From contig OZ244937.1 of NCBI GenBank assembly GCA_965222075.1, forward strand, positions 3,104,001 through 3,168,000: a DNA stretch of 64,000 bases. Reading direction: 5' to 3'. Source of the DNA: Candidatus Latescibacterota bacterium (GTDB lineage: Bacteria; Latescibacterota; UBA2968; GCA-2709665). Positions 9,605 through 18,794 of the stretch are shown piece after piece; the first letter of the stretch is position 1; each line of letters begins with the position of its first letter. The translations under genes and the position numbers were made by a program. The notes under the pieces were generated by a model. That model ran no database searches, was not told where the DNA came from, and saw only the letters and a list, made by a program, of their open reading frames with translations.

Positions 9605-10186
9605 ATGCCACAAACAGAAGACCGCGTCCTGATCCGTCGGGTGCTGGCGGGAGATCACTCAGCTTTTGACACCCTCTACAAGACCCACCATCCACAGGTC
9701 TACGCCATGATCGCCCGTCGCGTCTCCGACAGAGACCTCACAGAAGACCTGGTCCAGACCACCTTCCTGCGCGCCTTCCGTTCCCTTAACACCTACCGGG
9801 GCGACGCGGCCTTCTCCACCTGGCTGACTCAGATCGCCTTAAACGTCTTCAAATCTCACCTCCGGGCGCAGCGGGTGCGGCAGACCTGGGTACACGAAAC
9901 CGAAGACCCCGAACGGGCGACCGGAATCGACCGGGAGCCGGCCCCCTGTGAAAATCCCGAACAGGTGATGCAGCAGAAAGAACGCCGAAAACTCGTCATA
10001 CAGGGCATCCGGTCTCTGCCTGCGCGTTACCGCAAAGCGGTCTGGCTGCGCTACATCAAGGACTGGTCCTACGAAGAAATCACGCAGGCGCTCCAGGTGC
10101 CGATGGGCACGGTCAAAACCCGGCTCTGCCGGGGGCGCCGGCAGTTGAAAGGGGAATTTCGCAAACTGGGCCTCCAGGCAGTATAG
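9605..10186 (+). CDS. ECF RNA polymerase sigma factor
   Basis: EDLVQTTFLRAFRSL, FSTWLTQIALN, SYEEI...PMGTVKTRLCRGR (regions 2 and 4). Confidence 0.92.
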   Translation: MPQTEDRVLIRRVLAGDHSAFDTLYKTHHPQVYAMIARRVSDRDLTEDLVQTTFLRAFRSLNTYRGDAAFSTWLTQIALNVFKSHLRAQRVRQTWVHETEDPERATGIDREPAPCENPEQVMQQKERRKLVIQGIRSLPARYRKAVWLRYIKDWSYEEITQALQVPMGTVKTRLCRGRRQLKGEFRKLGLQAV

Positions 10187-10199
10187 CGGTAGATAGACC

Positions 10200-10229
10200 T
10201 TGACAATCGGGCGGTATTATACATATCAT
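10200..10229 (+). promoter_or_regulatory. putative sigma70 promoter for nfeD-flotillin
   Basis: TTGACA-N18-TATCAT, followed by an AAGGAGG RBS. Confidence 0.5.
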
Positions 10230-10255
10230 GTCGGCCCGGACGAAAGGAGGCAGCC

Positions 10256-10861
10256 ATGGAAGCCTGGTGGACAAACCTGACCACGTTGAACCAGATCCTC
10301 TACCTCGTGGCGATCTTTTTCAGCACGCTCTTCGCCTGGCAGTTTGCGGCGGCCCTGCTCGGCCTGGGAGGGGGCGCCGATGTGGGCGGGGGCGACGCGA
10401 CCGCAGGGGATGCCGGACCGGAGATCGACGACATGGTCCAGGACGCAAGCGTGGCCGCCTTCAAACTCCTGTCGGTCCGTTCCATCATCGCATTTGGCAT
10501 GCTCTTCGGCTGGGCCGGCGCGCTCTACCTCCAGTCGGGCACCGAGGTGGAAAGCGCGCTCCTCTACAGCCTGGTCTGGGGGGCCGCCGCGATGGTCGCC
10601 GTGGCCTATTTTTACCACGGCATTCAGCAGCTCACCGAGACCGGCAACCCCAAGCTGGAGACCTGCGTCGGCGCGTCGGGTGAGGTCTACATCGACATCC
10701 CCGAAAACGGGATCGGGCAGATCCGCGTGGTGGAAAGCGGCGCGGTCTCCTACGTATCCGCCCGGGGGAAAAACGGCGCCCCGATCCCGAACAAGACTCC
10801 GGTATGGGTACGGCGGGTAATCGATGGGACCACGCTCGAGGTCGAACAAATCGAACCCTGA
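10256..10861 (+). CDS. NfeD-like (YuaF/YqiJ-type) membrane protein with C-terminal OB fold
   Basis: Three TM segments, VGASGEVYIDIPENGIGQI OB-fold, directly upstream of flotillin. Confidence 0.85.
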   Translation: MEAWWTNLTTLNQILYLVAIFFSTLFAWQFAAALLGLGGGADVGGGDATAGDAGPEIDDMVQDASVAAFKLLSVRSIIAFGMLFGWAGALYLQSGTEVESALLYSLVWGAAAMVAVAYFYHGIQQLTETGNPKLETCVGASGEVYIDIPENGIGQIRVVESGAVSYVSARGKNGAPIPNKTPVWVRRVIDGTTLEVEQIEP

Positions 10862-10897
10862 ACCCGAAAGCCAACCCACCCCTCAAAGGAGGCTCAT

Positions 10898-12442
10898 ATG
10901 CCAAATCCGATGATCCTGACGATGATTTTAGTCGCGGTCGTGTTTCTGCTGTTCCTGACCTTCATCTCCAGGTACAAGCGCTGCCCGTCCAACAATATCC
11001 TGGTGATCTACGGCAAAACAGGGAGTGGTGCGGCCAAGTGCGTGCACGGAGGCGCGGCCTTCGTCCTGCCCCTGTTGCAGGACTACAAATACCTGGACTT
11101 GGAGCCGTTCGTCGTGCCCATCGACTTAGACAATGCGCTCTCCCAGGAAAACATCCGGGTGTCCGTGCCCACAACGGTCACTGCCGCCGTCTCGAACCAG
11201 CAGGGCATCATGCAAAACGCCGCGGTCCGCCTCCTGGGCCTGTCGCACGACCAGATCCAGAGCCAGGCGCAGGACATCATCCTGGGCCAGATGCGGGCCG
11301 TGATTGCAACAATGGAGATCGAAGAGATCAACCAGGACCGGCAGGCCTTTATGGGCAAGGTCAACGAGGCGGTCTCCACCGAGATGGAAAAAATCGGTCT
11401 GGCCGTGATCAACGTGAACATCAAAGACATCGAGGACGAAAGCGGATATATCAAAGCCCTCGGCCAGAAAGCGGCGGCCGAAGCAATCAACCAGGCGGCC
11501 ATCGACGTGGCCGAGCAGGAGAAAATGGGCAAGGTGGGGGTGGCCGAGCGGGAAAGGGACCAGCGCACGGATGTGGCCGCTGCGAACGCGGCCGCTGAAA
11601 TCGGTGAATCCCAGGCCGCCCGGGACCGGCGTCAGAGGGTCGCCGCCCTCGAATCCGAAGCCGAAATCGGTGAATCCCAGGCCGCCCGGGACCGGCGCCA
11701 GAGTGTCTCCTCTCTGGATGCGGAAGCGGTCCAGGCCGAGGCCGAGGCCGAATCCAAGAAGGCCGGCTACATGGCCCAGCAGAGGGTGGCCGAGGAGGTT
11801 GCCCGGCAAAAAGGGCAGGAGGCCGCAAAGGCCGCAGACGGCGCCATCCGGGTCGCGCAGGAACGGGCGGAGAAAGAGGCCGAGGAAGCCCGGGCGCTGC
11901 GCGAAGAAGCGCGTCTGAAAGCCGAAATCGTCGTACACGCCGAAGCGGAAAAACAGAAGCTGGTGGTACAGTCCGAGGCCGAGAAAACGCAGAAAACCCT
12001 GGTGGCAGAAGGGGAGGCCGCCGCCATCCTGGCCCAGAAGCAAGCCGAAGCCCAGGGCACGCAGGCCATCCTGGATGCGAAGGCCGAAGGTTACAGAGAG
12101 CTGGTGGCCGCATGCGGCGGAAAAGATCAGGCTGCCGCAGCCTTCCTCATCATCGAGCGGCTCACCGAGGTGGCGGGCATCCAGGCCGAGGCCATTCAGA
12201 ACCTGCCTTTGGAGAAGGTGATGGTCTGGGACGGCGGCAATGAACAGGGCGGCCTGTCCAACCTGGGCCAGCGCCTGATGGGCACCATCCCCCCGATGCA
12301 CGATCTGGCCCGGCTGGCCGGCCTGGAGCTCCCTGAATTCCTCGGCAGAATGACGGGAAGCAGCGAGCAGCAGACGCACACGTCCGACAGCGGCGGTGGC
12401 GGTACAGCGGAGGCGGGGGGCCAGACCGGGCCGTCCACTTAA
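10898..12442 (+). CDS. flotillin-family SPFH protein (FloT/YqiK-like)
   Basis: N-terminal TM, RYKRCPSNNILVIYG, SPFH domain, AEA-rich flotillin coiled coil, IPPMHDL tail. Confidence 0.92.
   Translation: MPNPMILTMILVAVVFLLFLTFISRYKRCPSNNILVIYGKTGSGAAKCVHGGAAFVLPLLQDYKYLDLEPFVVPIDLDNALSQENIRVSVPTTVTAAVSNQQGIMQNAAVRLLGLSHDQIQSQAQDIILGQMRAVIATMEIEEINQDRQAFMGKVNEAVSTEMEKIGLAVINVNIKDIEDESGYIKALGQKAAAEAINQAAIDVAEQEKMGKVGVAERERDQRTDVAAANAAAEIGESQAARDRRQRVAALESEAEIGESQAARDRRQSVSSLDAEAVQAEAEAESKKAGYMAQQRVAEEVARQKGQEAAKAADGAIRVAQERAEKEAEEARALREEARLKAEIVVHAEAEKQKLVVQSEAEKTQKTLVAEGEAAAILAQKQAEAQGTQAILDAKAEGYRELVAACGGKDQAAAAFLIIERLTEVAGIQAEAIQNLPLEKVMVWDGGNEQGGLSNLGQRLMGTIPPMHDLARLAGLELPEFLGRMTGSSEQQTHTSDSGGGGTAEAGGQTGPST
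11597..11728 (+). repeat. 66-bp in-frame tandem duplication within flotillin
   Basis: EIGESQAARDRRQRVAALESEA followed by EIGESQAARDRRQSVSSLDAEA. Confidence 0.85.
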
Positions 12443-12447
12443 AAGGG

Positions 12448-13815
12448 GTGATTCCTTTGGAAAAAACCCGGGTCCAGGACGCCGACCTCTGCTTCAAAAC
12501 CGGCCTGCGTGCCCTCAAACAGGATAAAAGGGCGGAGGCCCGGCAGGCCTTCGAGGGCGCTGTCGAGCTGCACCCGGACCATCTCAACGCCCGGTTCCAA
12601 CTCGCCCTCCTCTACGCCCGGGGCGGCGCGCCCGGTTCTGCGGGCCGGCAGAAAGCCGTAGCGGCCCTGCAGCACATCCTCGGCGTTGCCGGCCGGGGCG
12701 TGCCCTGTGCGAACCTGGACCGGGTCTGCTTCCTGTTGGGCAGCTTTCTGGACGACACACCCGAAAACCGGGGGAAGGCCATCGCAATCTACCGTCGGGG
12801 GCTCGACGCAGACCCCCTCTTTGCCCCGGGGCACAACAACCTGGGTGTCCTGCTGATGCAATCGGGCCAGACCATCCCGGCCCTGGGCGCCTTTAAAATC
12901 GCCCTCCACTTGGAGCCCGATTACACCCTCCCCTACCAGAACCTGGCCCGCCTCCTCTTCGACCACATGAGCCCTGCCCAGATGGAGCGGGAATACACCT
13001 CCATCATCGAAGAATTTGGCGTTCAGGCACCCCTGGTCCTCTCCAGGCTCTCCCTCGAACTCATCGATCTGGGCCGGGCGCAGGTCTATGAGAGCCTCTA
13101 CACCCGGGGCCACCAGATCAAGAACCTCATGGGCGTGGTCGGCAGCCGGATGCGCCGGCTGATCCGAGAATCGTCGCCCGATGAGAAAGGCCTCGACGAC
13201 CTCAAAGACATTGCCCGCGAACAGGAACGGGTCTACGACCAGTGGGTCGCCTACCTCCGCTCTATGAAACAGCACCCCATGAACCCCACGCTGGTGGAGA
13301 TCCCCCAGCTGGTCCGGAAAGCAAGCGAAAAGGTCGTCACCCGGAAAGGAAGAAAGACCCTCCGCTTCGCATCAGAAGCCCATGTTCCCCAGGTCAAGGC
13401 AGACCCCGGCATGCTCCGCGAGGCTGTCACCAACCTCATCCTCAACGCCCTCGAAGCCGTCGGAGAGGATGGAAAGGTCACCCTTCAGACCGGCTACGAT
13501 CCCAAACGCGCCTCGGTCTACGTCGAAGTGGAGGACAACGGCCCGGGTATCTCCAAACCCCTCCAGGTCCGGATCTTCGACCCCGGATACTCCACCAAAG
13601 AAAAGGGGAACGGCTACGGCCTCAGCATCTGCGCCCGGATCGTCTCGGCCCACCGCGGTAACCTCCGGGTAATGAGCCGGCCCGGCGCCGGCGCCGTCTT
13701 TCGGATTGACCTGCCGGTCGACTTCGAACTCGCCTCCGAAGAGGAGAGCATCGGCCTCCAGGGCGCCCCGCTGCAAACCGCGCGTCACCCCCTCGCCGAG
13801 GAGTTCATCAAGTGA
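12448..13815 (+). CDS. soluble TPR-repeat sensor histidine kinase
   Basis: TPR motifs (HNNLGVLL, PYQNLA), H-box GHQIKN, NLILNALEA, DNGPGI, FDPGYSTK, GNGYGL. No TM segment. Confidence 0.88.
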   Translation: MIPLEKTRVQDADLCFKTGLRALKQDKRAEARQAFEGAVELHPDHLNARFQLALLYARGGAPGSAGRQKAVAALQHILGVAGRGVPCANLDRVCFLLGSFLDDTPENRGKAIAIYRRGLDADPLFAPGHNNLGVLLMQSGQTIPALGAFKIALHLEPDYTLPYQNLARLLFDHMSPAQMEREYTSIIEEFGVQAPLVLSRLSLELIDLGRAQVYESLYTRGHQIKNLMGVVGSRMRRLIRESSPDEKGLDDLKDIAREQERVYDQWVAYLRSMKQHPMNPTLVEIPQLVRKASEKVVTRKGRKTLRFASEAHVPQVKADPGMLREAVTNLILNALEAVGEDGKVTLQTGYDPKRASVYVEVEDNGPGISKPLQVRIFDPGYSTKEKGNGYGLSICARIVSAHRGNLRVMSRPGAGAVFRIDLPVDFELASEEESIGLQGAPLQTARHPLAEEFIK

Positions 13816-15218
13816 AGGCGCACATCCTCATCGCCGACGACCAGCCCGAAATCCTGGACATGCTCACCCGCAGCCTCCAGGCCGACGGCCGGACCGTTCA
13901 GGCCTTTCCCTCCAGCGCCAACGCGCTTGGCTATCTGCAAAAACACGCCCCGGCAGTCGACATGGCCATCCTCGACCTCGACTTTGGCCCCGGCGAACCC
14001 GACGGCCTGGAAACCCTCCGGCAGATGCGGCAAGAAGCGCCCGACCTGCCCGTAATCATCCTTACCGGCAAAGGCACCGTGGAAACCGCCGTAGCTGCCC
14101 TGCGCCTGGGCGCGGCCGACTTCATTGAAAAAGACTTCTACATCGAAGACAGGCTTGAACTCAGCCTGGAAAAACTCGACCGGATGCTCTCTGTCCTCCG
14201 GGAAAATGCCCGGCTGCGGGCCGAAGTGGACGACCTCGACCGGGAAAACCGGTTCTACCGGGCCGAATTCGGAAAGCGCTACCAGGTCATCAGCGTCAGT
14301 CCCCAGATGCAGCAGATCATGCAGCAGGCCGAGCGCATCGCCTCCATCCCCCGCCCCGTCCTCATCCTGGGCGAACGGGGCACCGGCAAAGAACTGGTGG
14401 CCGCCGCGGTCCACTACGGGGGCGTGCGCAAAGACCGCCCCTTTGTCAAAGTCAACTGCGCGGCCCTCTCCGCCACCCTCTTGGAAAGCGAACTCTTCGG
14501 GCACGAAAAAGGGGCCTTCACCGGTGCGGTCGAGGCCCGCCCGGGCCGGTTCGAGGCCGCCAACGGGGGCACCCTCTTCTTAGACGAAATCGCCAGCACC
14601 ACCCCCGAGTTTCAGCAGAACATCCTGCGCGCCATCGAATACCAGGAAGTACAGCGGGTCGGCGCTGCCGCGCCGGTACCGGTGGACGTGCGCATCATCG
14701 CCGCTACGAATGCCGACCTCGAACGGGAAATGGCCGAAGGCCGCTTCCGGGAGGACCTCTACGACCGCCTCCGGTTCGAAATCATCCGCATCCCCCCCCT
14801 CCGGCAGCGCCGGGAAGACATCCAGCCCTTAGCAGAGTTTTTCGCCGAACAGATCCTCCAGGAAGTCCCCGGCCTTGTACGCCGTCCCTTTTCAAACGCC
14901 GCCACAAAACGGCTGCTCGCTTACGGCTGGCCGGGCAACGTGCGCGACCTCAAATTCGCCGTGGAGCGGGCCGCCTGCATGGTCGCCGGCCCCGCCATCG
15001 AACCCGACGACCTGCCTCCCGAAATCGCCTCGGGCGCATTCGAACCCTCCGGTGAGGGATTTGAAGCGCAGACGAGGGCCTTTGAACTGGGCTTGCTCCG
15101 CCAGGCCCTGCACGCCACCGCCTGGAACCAGCGGCAGGCCGCCGCCCAATTGAAACTCAGCTACGACCAGTTCCGCCACCGCTACCGGAAATACGACCTG
15201 GACCGGGAAAAGCCGTAG
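13812..15218 (+). CDS. sigma54-dependent response regulator, REC fused to PspF-like AAA+/HTH
   Basis: REC (IADD, ILDL, IEK), [44 protein letters not shown] overlap with the kinase. Confidence 0.92.
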   Translation: MKAHILIADDQPEILDMLTRSLQADGRTVQAFPSSANALGYLQKHAPAVDMAILDLDFGPGEPDGLETLRQMRQEAPDLPVIILTGKGTVETAVAALRLGAADFIEKDFYIEDRLELSLEKLDRMLSVLRENARLRAEVDDLDRENRFYRAEFGKRYQVISVSPQMQQIMQQAERIASIPRPVLILGERGTGKELVAAAVHYGGVRKDRPFVKVNCAALSATLLESELFGHEKGAFTGAVEARPGRFEAANGGTLFLDEIASTTPEFQQNILRAIEYQEVQRVGAAAPVPVDVRIIAATNADLEREMAEGRFREDLYDRLRFEIIRIPPLRQRREDIQPLAEFFAEQILQEVPGLVRRPFSNAATKRLLAYGWPGNVRDLKFAVERAACMVAGPAIEPDDLPPEIASGAFEPSGEGFEAQTRAFELGLLRQALHATAWNQRQAAAQLKLSYDQFRHRYRKYDLDREKP

Positions 15219-15247
15219 CGACACCCAAACGGCCACCACCTTCCACA

Positions 15248-15279
15248 GGCCCGAGCATTCGGGCCATTTTATTGTTTTT
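15248..15279 (+). terminator. intrinsic terminator ending the Psp/two-component locus
   Basis: GGCCCGA-GCAT-TCGGGCC hairpin followed by ATTTTATTGTTTTT. Confidence 0.7.
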
Positions 15280-15315
15280 CGGTAAACACGGGGGGGCGAC
15301 CCGAACGCGGCGCAT

Positions 15316-15355
15316 CCTGCCTGCCTGCGCCGGGCTGTGCTCGGCAGGCAGGCAG
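15316..15355. repeat. CCTGC...GCAGG palindromic element
   Basis: CTGCCTGCCTGC...GCAGGCAGGCAG inverted repeat. Confidence 0.7.
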
Positions 15356-15504
15356 AACCGATTCGATCAACTCCGATAAGGTCTTGTCGTCCGCTTTGGT
15401 CTCGACTGCGGCAAAACGCGCCATCTGCGCACCAGAACCTGACCAACCCATCCGGTTTTATTCGCATTGGAGATGAAGAACAGGCGAAACAACAAGGAGG
15501 CCCC

Positions 15505-16257
15505 ATGAACATCGTCGTATTCGGCGCAGCCGGCTGGACGGGACGGGCCGTGCTGGCCAACCTGGCCGGCAGGCACCATGTCCGCGCATTCGACCGCGGC
15601 CCCGAGGCCTGGGAATCGTGGAAAGATATCGAGGGAGCGTGGGAAGGCGAAATCGTCCACGGCGACATTGCCGACTTCAACGCCGTCCACAACGCCATCG
15701 AAGGAATGGACGCCGTCATTCATACGGCCGTCTACTACAGCGGCGATATCGAAGATAAAAACCCCTTCCTCATCAACCTCAAAGGCCTGTGGAACGTCCT
15801 GGAATCCGCCCACCGGCACGGCCTCAACCGGGCCGTTCACATCGGCTCCTGCCAGACCGTGCACCCCAAAGGCATCTTCTTTACCGCCGACGTCAGACGC
15901 CCGGACGGCGGACTCTACGCCGTCTGCAAGCGCCTGCAGGAGGAGATGTGCCGCCAATTCCACGATGCCTTCGACATGCGCATCGTCGTCCTCCGCCCCC
16001 AGTACATCGTAGACAGCCGCCTGGGAATCGACAAGTACAGGAAAAAAATGGGGTCGGAGGAAATGCCGCTCCGTGAAGGCTGGGTCTGCCGGCACGACTT
16101 AGCCGAAGCCTGCCGGCTCGCGGTCGAGTCTGAAACCGTCGACTTCGACATCTTTCACATCGTCGGCACGCCCGAGTCCGACAGAACCTGCAACGCCGCC
16201 CACTCGCGGGAGGCGCTGGGGCTGACATACAGAGGCAACCTGGAACAGTATCGATAG
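15505..16257 (+). CDS. NAD-dependent epimerase/dehydratase (uronate dehydrogenase-like extended SDR)
   Basis: GAAGWTG, YAVCK (YxxxK), AAGGAGG RBS. Confidence 0.85.
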   Translation: MNIVVFGAAGWTGRAVLANLAGRHHVRAFDRGPEAWESWKDIEGAWEGEIVHGDIADFNAVHNAIEGMDAVIHTAVYYSGDIEDKNPFLINLKGLWNVLESAHRHGLNRAVHIGSCQTVHPKGIFFTADVRRPDGGLYAVCKRLQEEMCRQFHDAFDMRIVVLRPQYIVDSRLGIDKYRKKMGSEEMPLREGWVCRHDLAEACRLAVESETVDFDIFHIVGTPESDRTCNAAHSREALGLTYRGNLEQYR

Positions 16258-16328
16258 CCATGATGGGTAGATTTCAAGCTTGAGCGTAGAACCGAACGCT
16301 CTGTTGGCCACGCTTAATGAGGTCCGCC

Positions 16329-17438
16329 ATGGCCTACGAACAGATTGATCATCGTCGCATCGCCCTCAAACCCCTGTCGGACAGACAGAGTAAGTTCTCC
16401 GTCGACGAAATTCTCGTCGACCCGGACGCTCCTGCCCCCGATCCGGGACCGCTGGCGGACAGTCTTCAGCGCATTGCCGAACAAATACGCATTGCCCGTC
16501 AGCGAGGCGCCGCTGTGATGCTGGCCTACGGAGCCCACCTGATCAAGAACGGCCTGGGACCTACGGTGAGCCGCATGCTGGAGGCAGGCTGGATCACCCA
16601 CCTGGCCACCAATGGAGCCGGTACCATTCACGACTGGGAATACGCCTTCCAGGGACGCTCCGAAGAAGACGTCCGGGCCAATGTGGCCCAGGGGTGTTTC
16701 GGCACCTGGGACGAGACCGGCCGCTACATCCACCTGGCCGTGCTCACCGGCGCTTTGCAGGGCATGGGCTACGGCGAGGCCCTGGGCAAATTCATCTGCG
16801 AGGACGGCTGCGACATCCCCCAGAACAACGAACTGACGTCCGCCCTGAGCGCCTGGGTCCGCAACCCGGCCGATGCCCCGACCATGCCGGCCTACGCCGA
16901 GCTGCTCCAGGCCATGGCGCGCTTTGCCATCCCCCCCGGCCGCTGCCGGGTCGAGCACCCCTACAAGGACGCTTCGCTCACAGCACAGGCCTACCGTCTG
17001 CGCGTTCCCCTCACCGTACATCCGGGCATTGGCTACGACATTATCCACAACCACCACCTGGCCAACGGAGCGGTCACAGGCCGTGGAGCCGACATCGACT
17101 ATCGCGTCTTCGCAGAGGGCGTGCTCAATTTGGATGGGGGGGTTTTTCTCTCGGTAGGCTCGGCCATCATGGCGCCCCAGGTCTTCGAAAAGGCCATGTC
17201 GCTGGCCAACAATCTGCGCCTGCAGCAAGGTGAGAACATCGTGCGGCCTTTCATCGTCGTCAACGACCTCTCACAGGTAGACTGGGACTGGTCCAAAGGC
17301 GAACCGCCCAAAGACGATCCGGCCTACTACCTCAGATTCTGCAAGTCGTTCAGCCGCATGGGCGGAGAAATGACCTATATAGGTGGGGACAACCGTATCT
17401 TCCTTCACAACCTGTACCATATCTTGAAAAATACATAA
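16329..17438 (+). CDS. deoxyhypusine synthase-like (GSU2086-type) protein
   Basis: GAHLIKNGL, ATNGAGTIHD, HPGIGYDIIH, GSAIMAPQVFEKA. Alternative start 16317. Confidence 0.65.
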   Translation: MAYEQIDHRRIALKPLSDRQSKFSVDEILVDPDAPAPDPGPLADSLQRIAEQIRIARQRGAAVMLAYGAHLIKNGLGPTVSRMLEAGWITHLATNGAGTIHDWEYAFQGRSEEDVRANVAQGCFGTWDETGRYIHLAVLTGALQGMGYGEALGKFICEDGCDIPQNNELTSALSAWVRNPADAPTMPAYAELLQAMARFAIPPGRCRVEHPYKDASLTAQAYRLRVPLTVHPGIGYDIIHNHHLANGAVTGRGADIDYRVFAEGVLNLDGGVFLSVGSAIMAPQVFEKAMSLANNLRLQQGENIVRPFIVVNDLSQVDWDWSKGEPPKDDPAYYLRFCKSFSRMGGEMTYIGGDNRIFLHNLYHILKNT

Positions 17439-17440
17439 AG

Positions 17441-17611
17441 ATGAGCAACGAAAATCCCAACAGCGCTGCCGGGAACCACATCGCACGCTACGACCTGCAC
17501 CTCCACGCTCCGCCCTATCCGCACGTCACAGACGTGGTCGTCGTGAAGGCCAACGCGTTGGTGCGGGTAATGGCCTATCGTCTGGAACACGGCGAGGGAA
17601 TACCTATCTAA
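17441..17611 (+). pseudogene. 56-aa ORF, possible collapsed remnant of a PHP/metal-hydrolase gene
   Basis: MSNENPNSAAGNHIARYDLHLHAPP...*. DLHLH motif; spacing to both neighbours is operon-like. Confidence 0.3.
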
Positions 17612-17621
17612 CGAGGCTCTC

Positions 17622-18794
17622 ATGGACGCCGCTCTGGAACGGCTCTTCCTCATCCACTACCATGAAATCGGCCTGAAAGGCAAGAACCGGAGCCGGTTTG
17701 AGAACCAGCTCCTGCGCAACATCGAGCACGCCCTCAAAGGCGTTTCCTGTGGAGCCGCGCGCCGCATCACCGGTCGCCTCCTCCTGGAACTCGCCCCCGA
17801 CACCCCTCTCGGCATCGTTCAGGAGCGCCTGGCCGGGGTCTTTGGCATCGCCAACTTCTCGGAGGCTGTCCGCGTCCCCTCTACCATCGAAGCCATCCGG
17901 GAGGCCGCCTGGGCAGTTGTCCGGAAAGCCCGCTTCGCCTCCTTCAAAATCGCCACGAAACGCGCCGACAAATCCTTTCCACTGAACTCGAACGAAATCA
18001 ACTGCGACGTGGGCGCCTACATCGAGACCCGCTCGCAGGCCCAGGTCAAAATGGAGCGTCCCGACCTCACCTGCTTCATCGAACTCTCCCACCAGGGGAC
18101 TTTCATCTACACCCAAAAAACCCCGGGGCCGGGCGGCCTGCCCGTGGGCGTCAACGAACGGGCCGTCAGCCTCCTCTCCTCCGGCATTGACTCCCCGGTG
18201 GCCTCCTACCGGATCATGAAGCGGGGCGTGCGGCTCGCCTTCGTCCACTTCCACAGCCAGCCCTACACGAACCGCAACTCCCAGCGAAACACGGAAGAAC
18301 TCGTCCGCCTCCTCACCCGCTACCAGTTCAAGTCCACCCTCTACCTGGTCCCCTTCGTCGAAACCCAGCGGCGCATCATGACCGGCGCCCTCCCCGGCTA
18401 CCGTGTTATCCTCTACCGCCGCGCCATGTTCCGCATCGCCGAGGCGGTCGCCCTCAGGGAAGGCGCCCAGGCCCTGGTTACCGGCGAAAACGTGGGCCAG
18501 GTCGCCTCCCAGACCCTCTCCAACCTCCGGGCCATCGAAGCGGTCACCGCCCTCCCGGTCCTGCGACCCCTATCCGGCGACAACAAAGAGGAGATCATCG
18601 CCGAAGCCAGGCGCATCGGCACCTACGAAACCTCCACCGAACCCTACGAAGACTGCTGCACCGCCTTTGTCCCCAAACACCCCGAAACCCGCGCCGACCT
18701 GGAAACCGCGCAGGACATCGAGTCCCACCTCGACCTGGGTGCCCTCATCGAACAGACCCTGAACGCGACGGAGGTGAAGCGGTTCAAGCTGTAG
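17622..18794 (+). CDS. thiI: tRNA 4-thiouridine synthase (no rhodanese domain)
   Basis: HYHEIGLKGKNR, THUMP domain, SSGIDSPVA PP-loop, GQVASQTLSNL, EDCC. Confidence 0.95.
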   Translation: MDAALERLFLIHYHEIGLKGKNRSRFENQLLRNIEHALKGVSCGAARRITGRLLLELAPDTPLGIVQERLAGVFGIANFSEAVRVPSTIEAIREAAWAVVRKARFASFKIATKRADKSFPLNSNEINCDVGAYIETRSQAQVKMERPDLTCFIELSHQGTFIYTQKTPGPGGLPVGVNERAVSLLSSGIDSPVASYRIMKRGVRLAFVHFHSQPYTNRNSQRNTEELVRLLTRYQFKSTLYLVPFVETQRRIMTGALPGYRVILYRRAMFRIAEAVALREGAQALVTGENVGQVASQTLSNLRAIEAVTALPVLRPLSGDNKEEIIAEARRIGTYETSTEPYEDCCTAFVPKHPETRADLETAQDIESHLDLGALIEQTLNATEVKRFKL

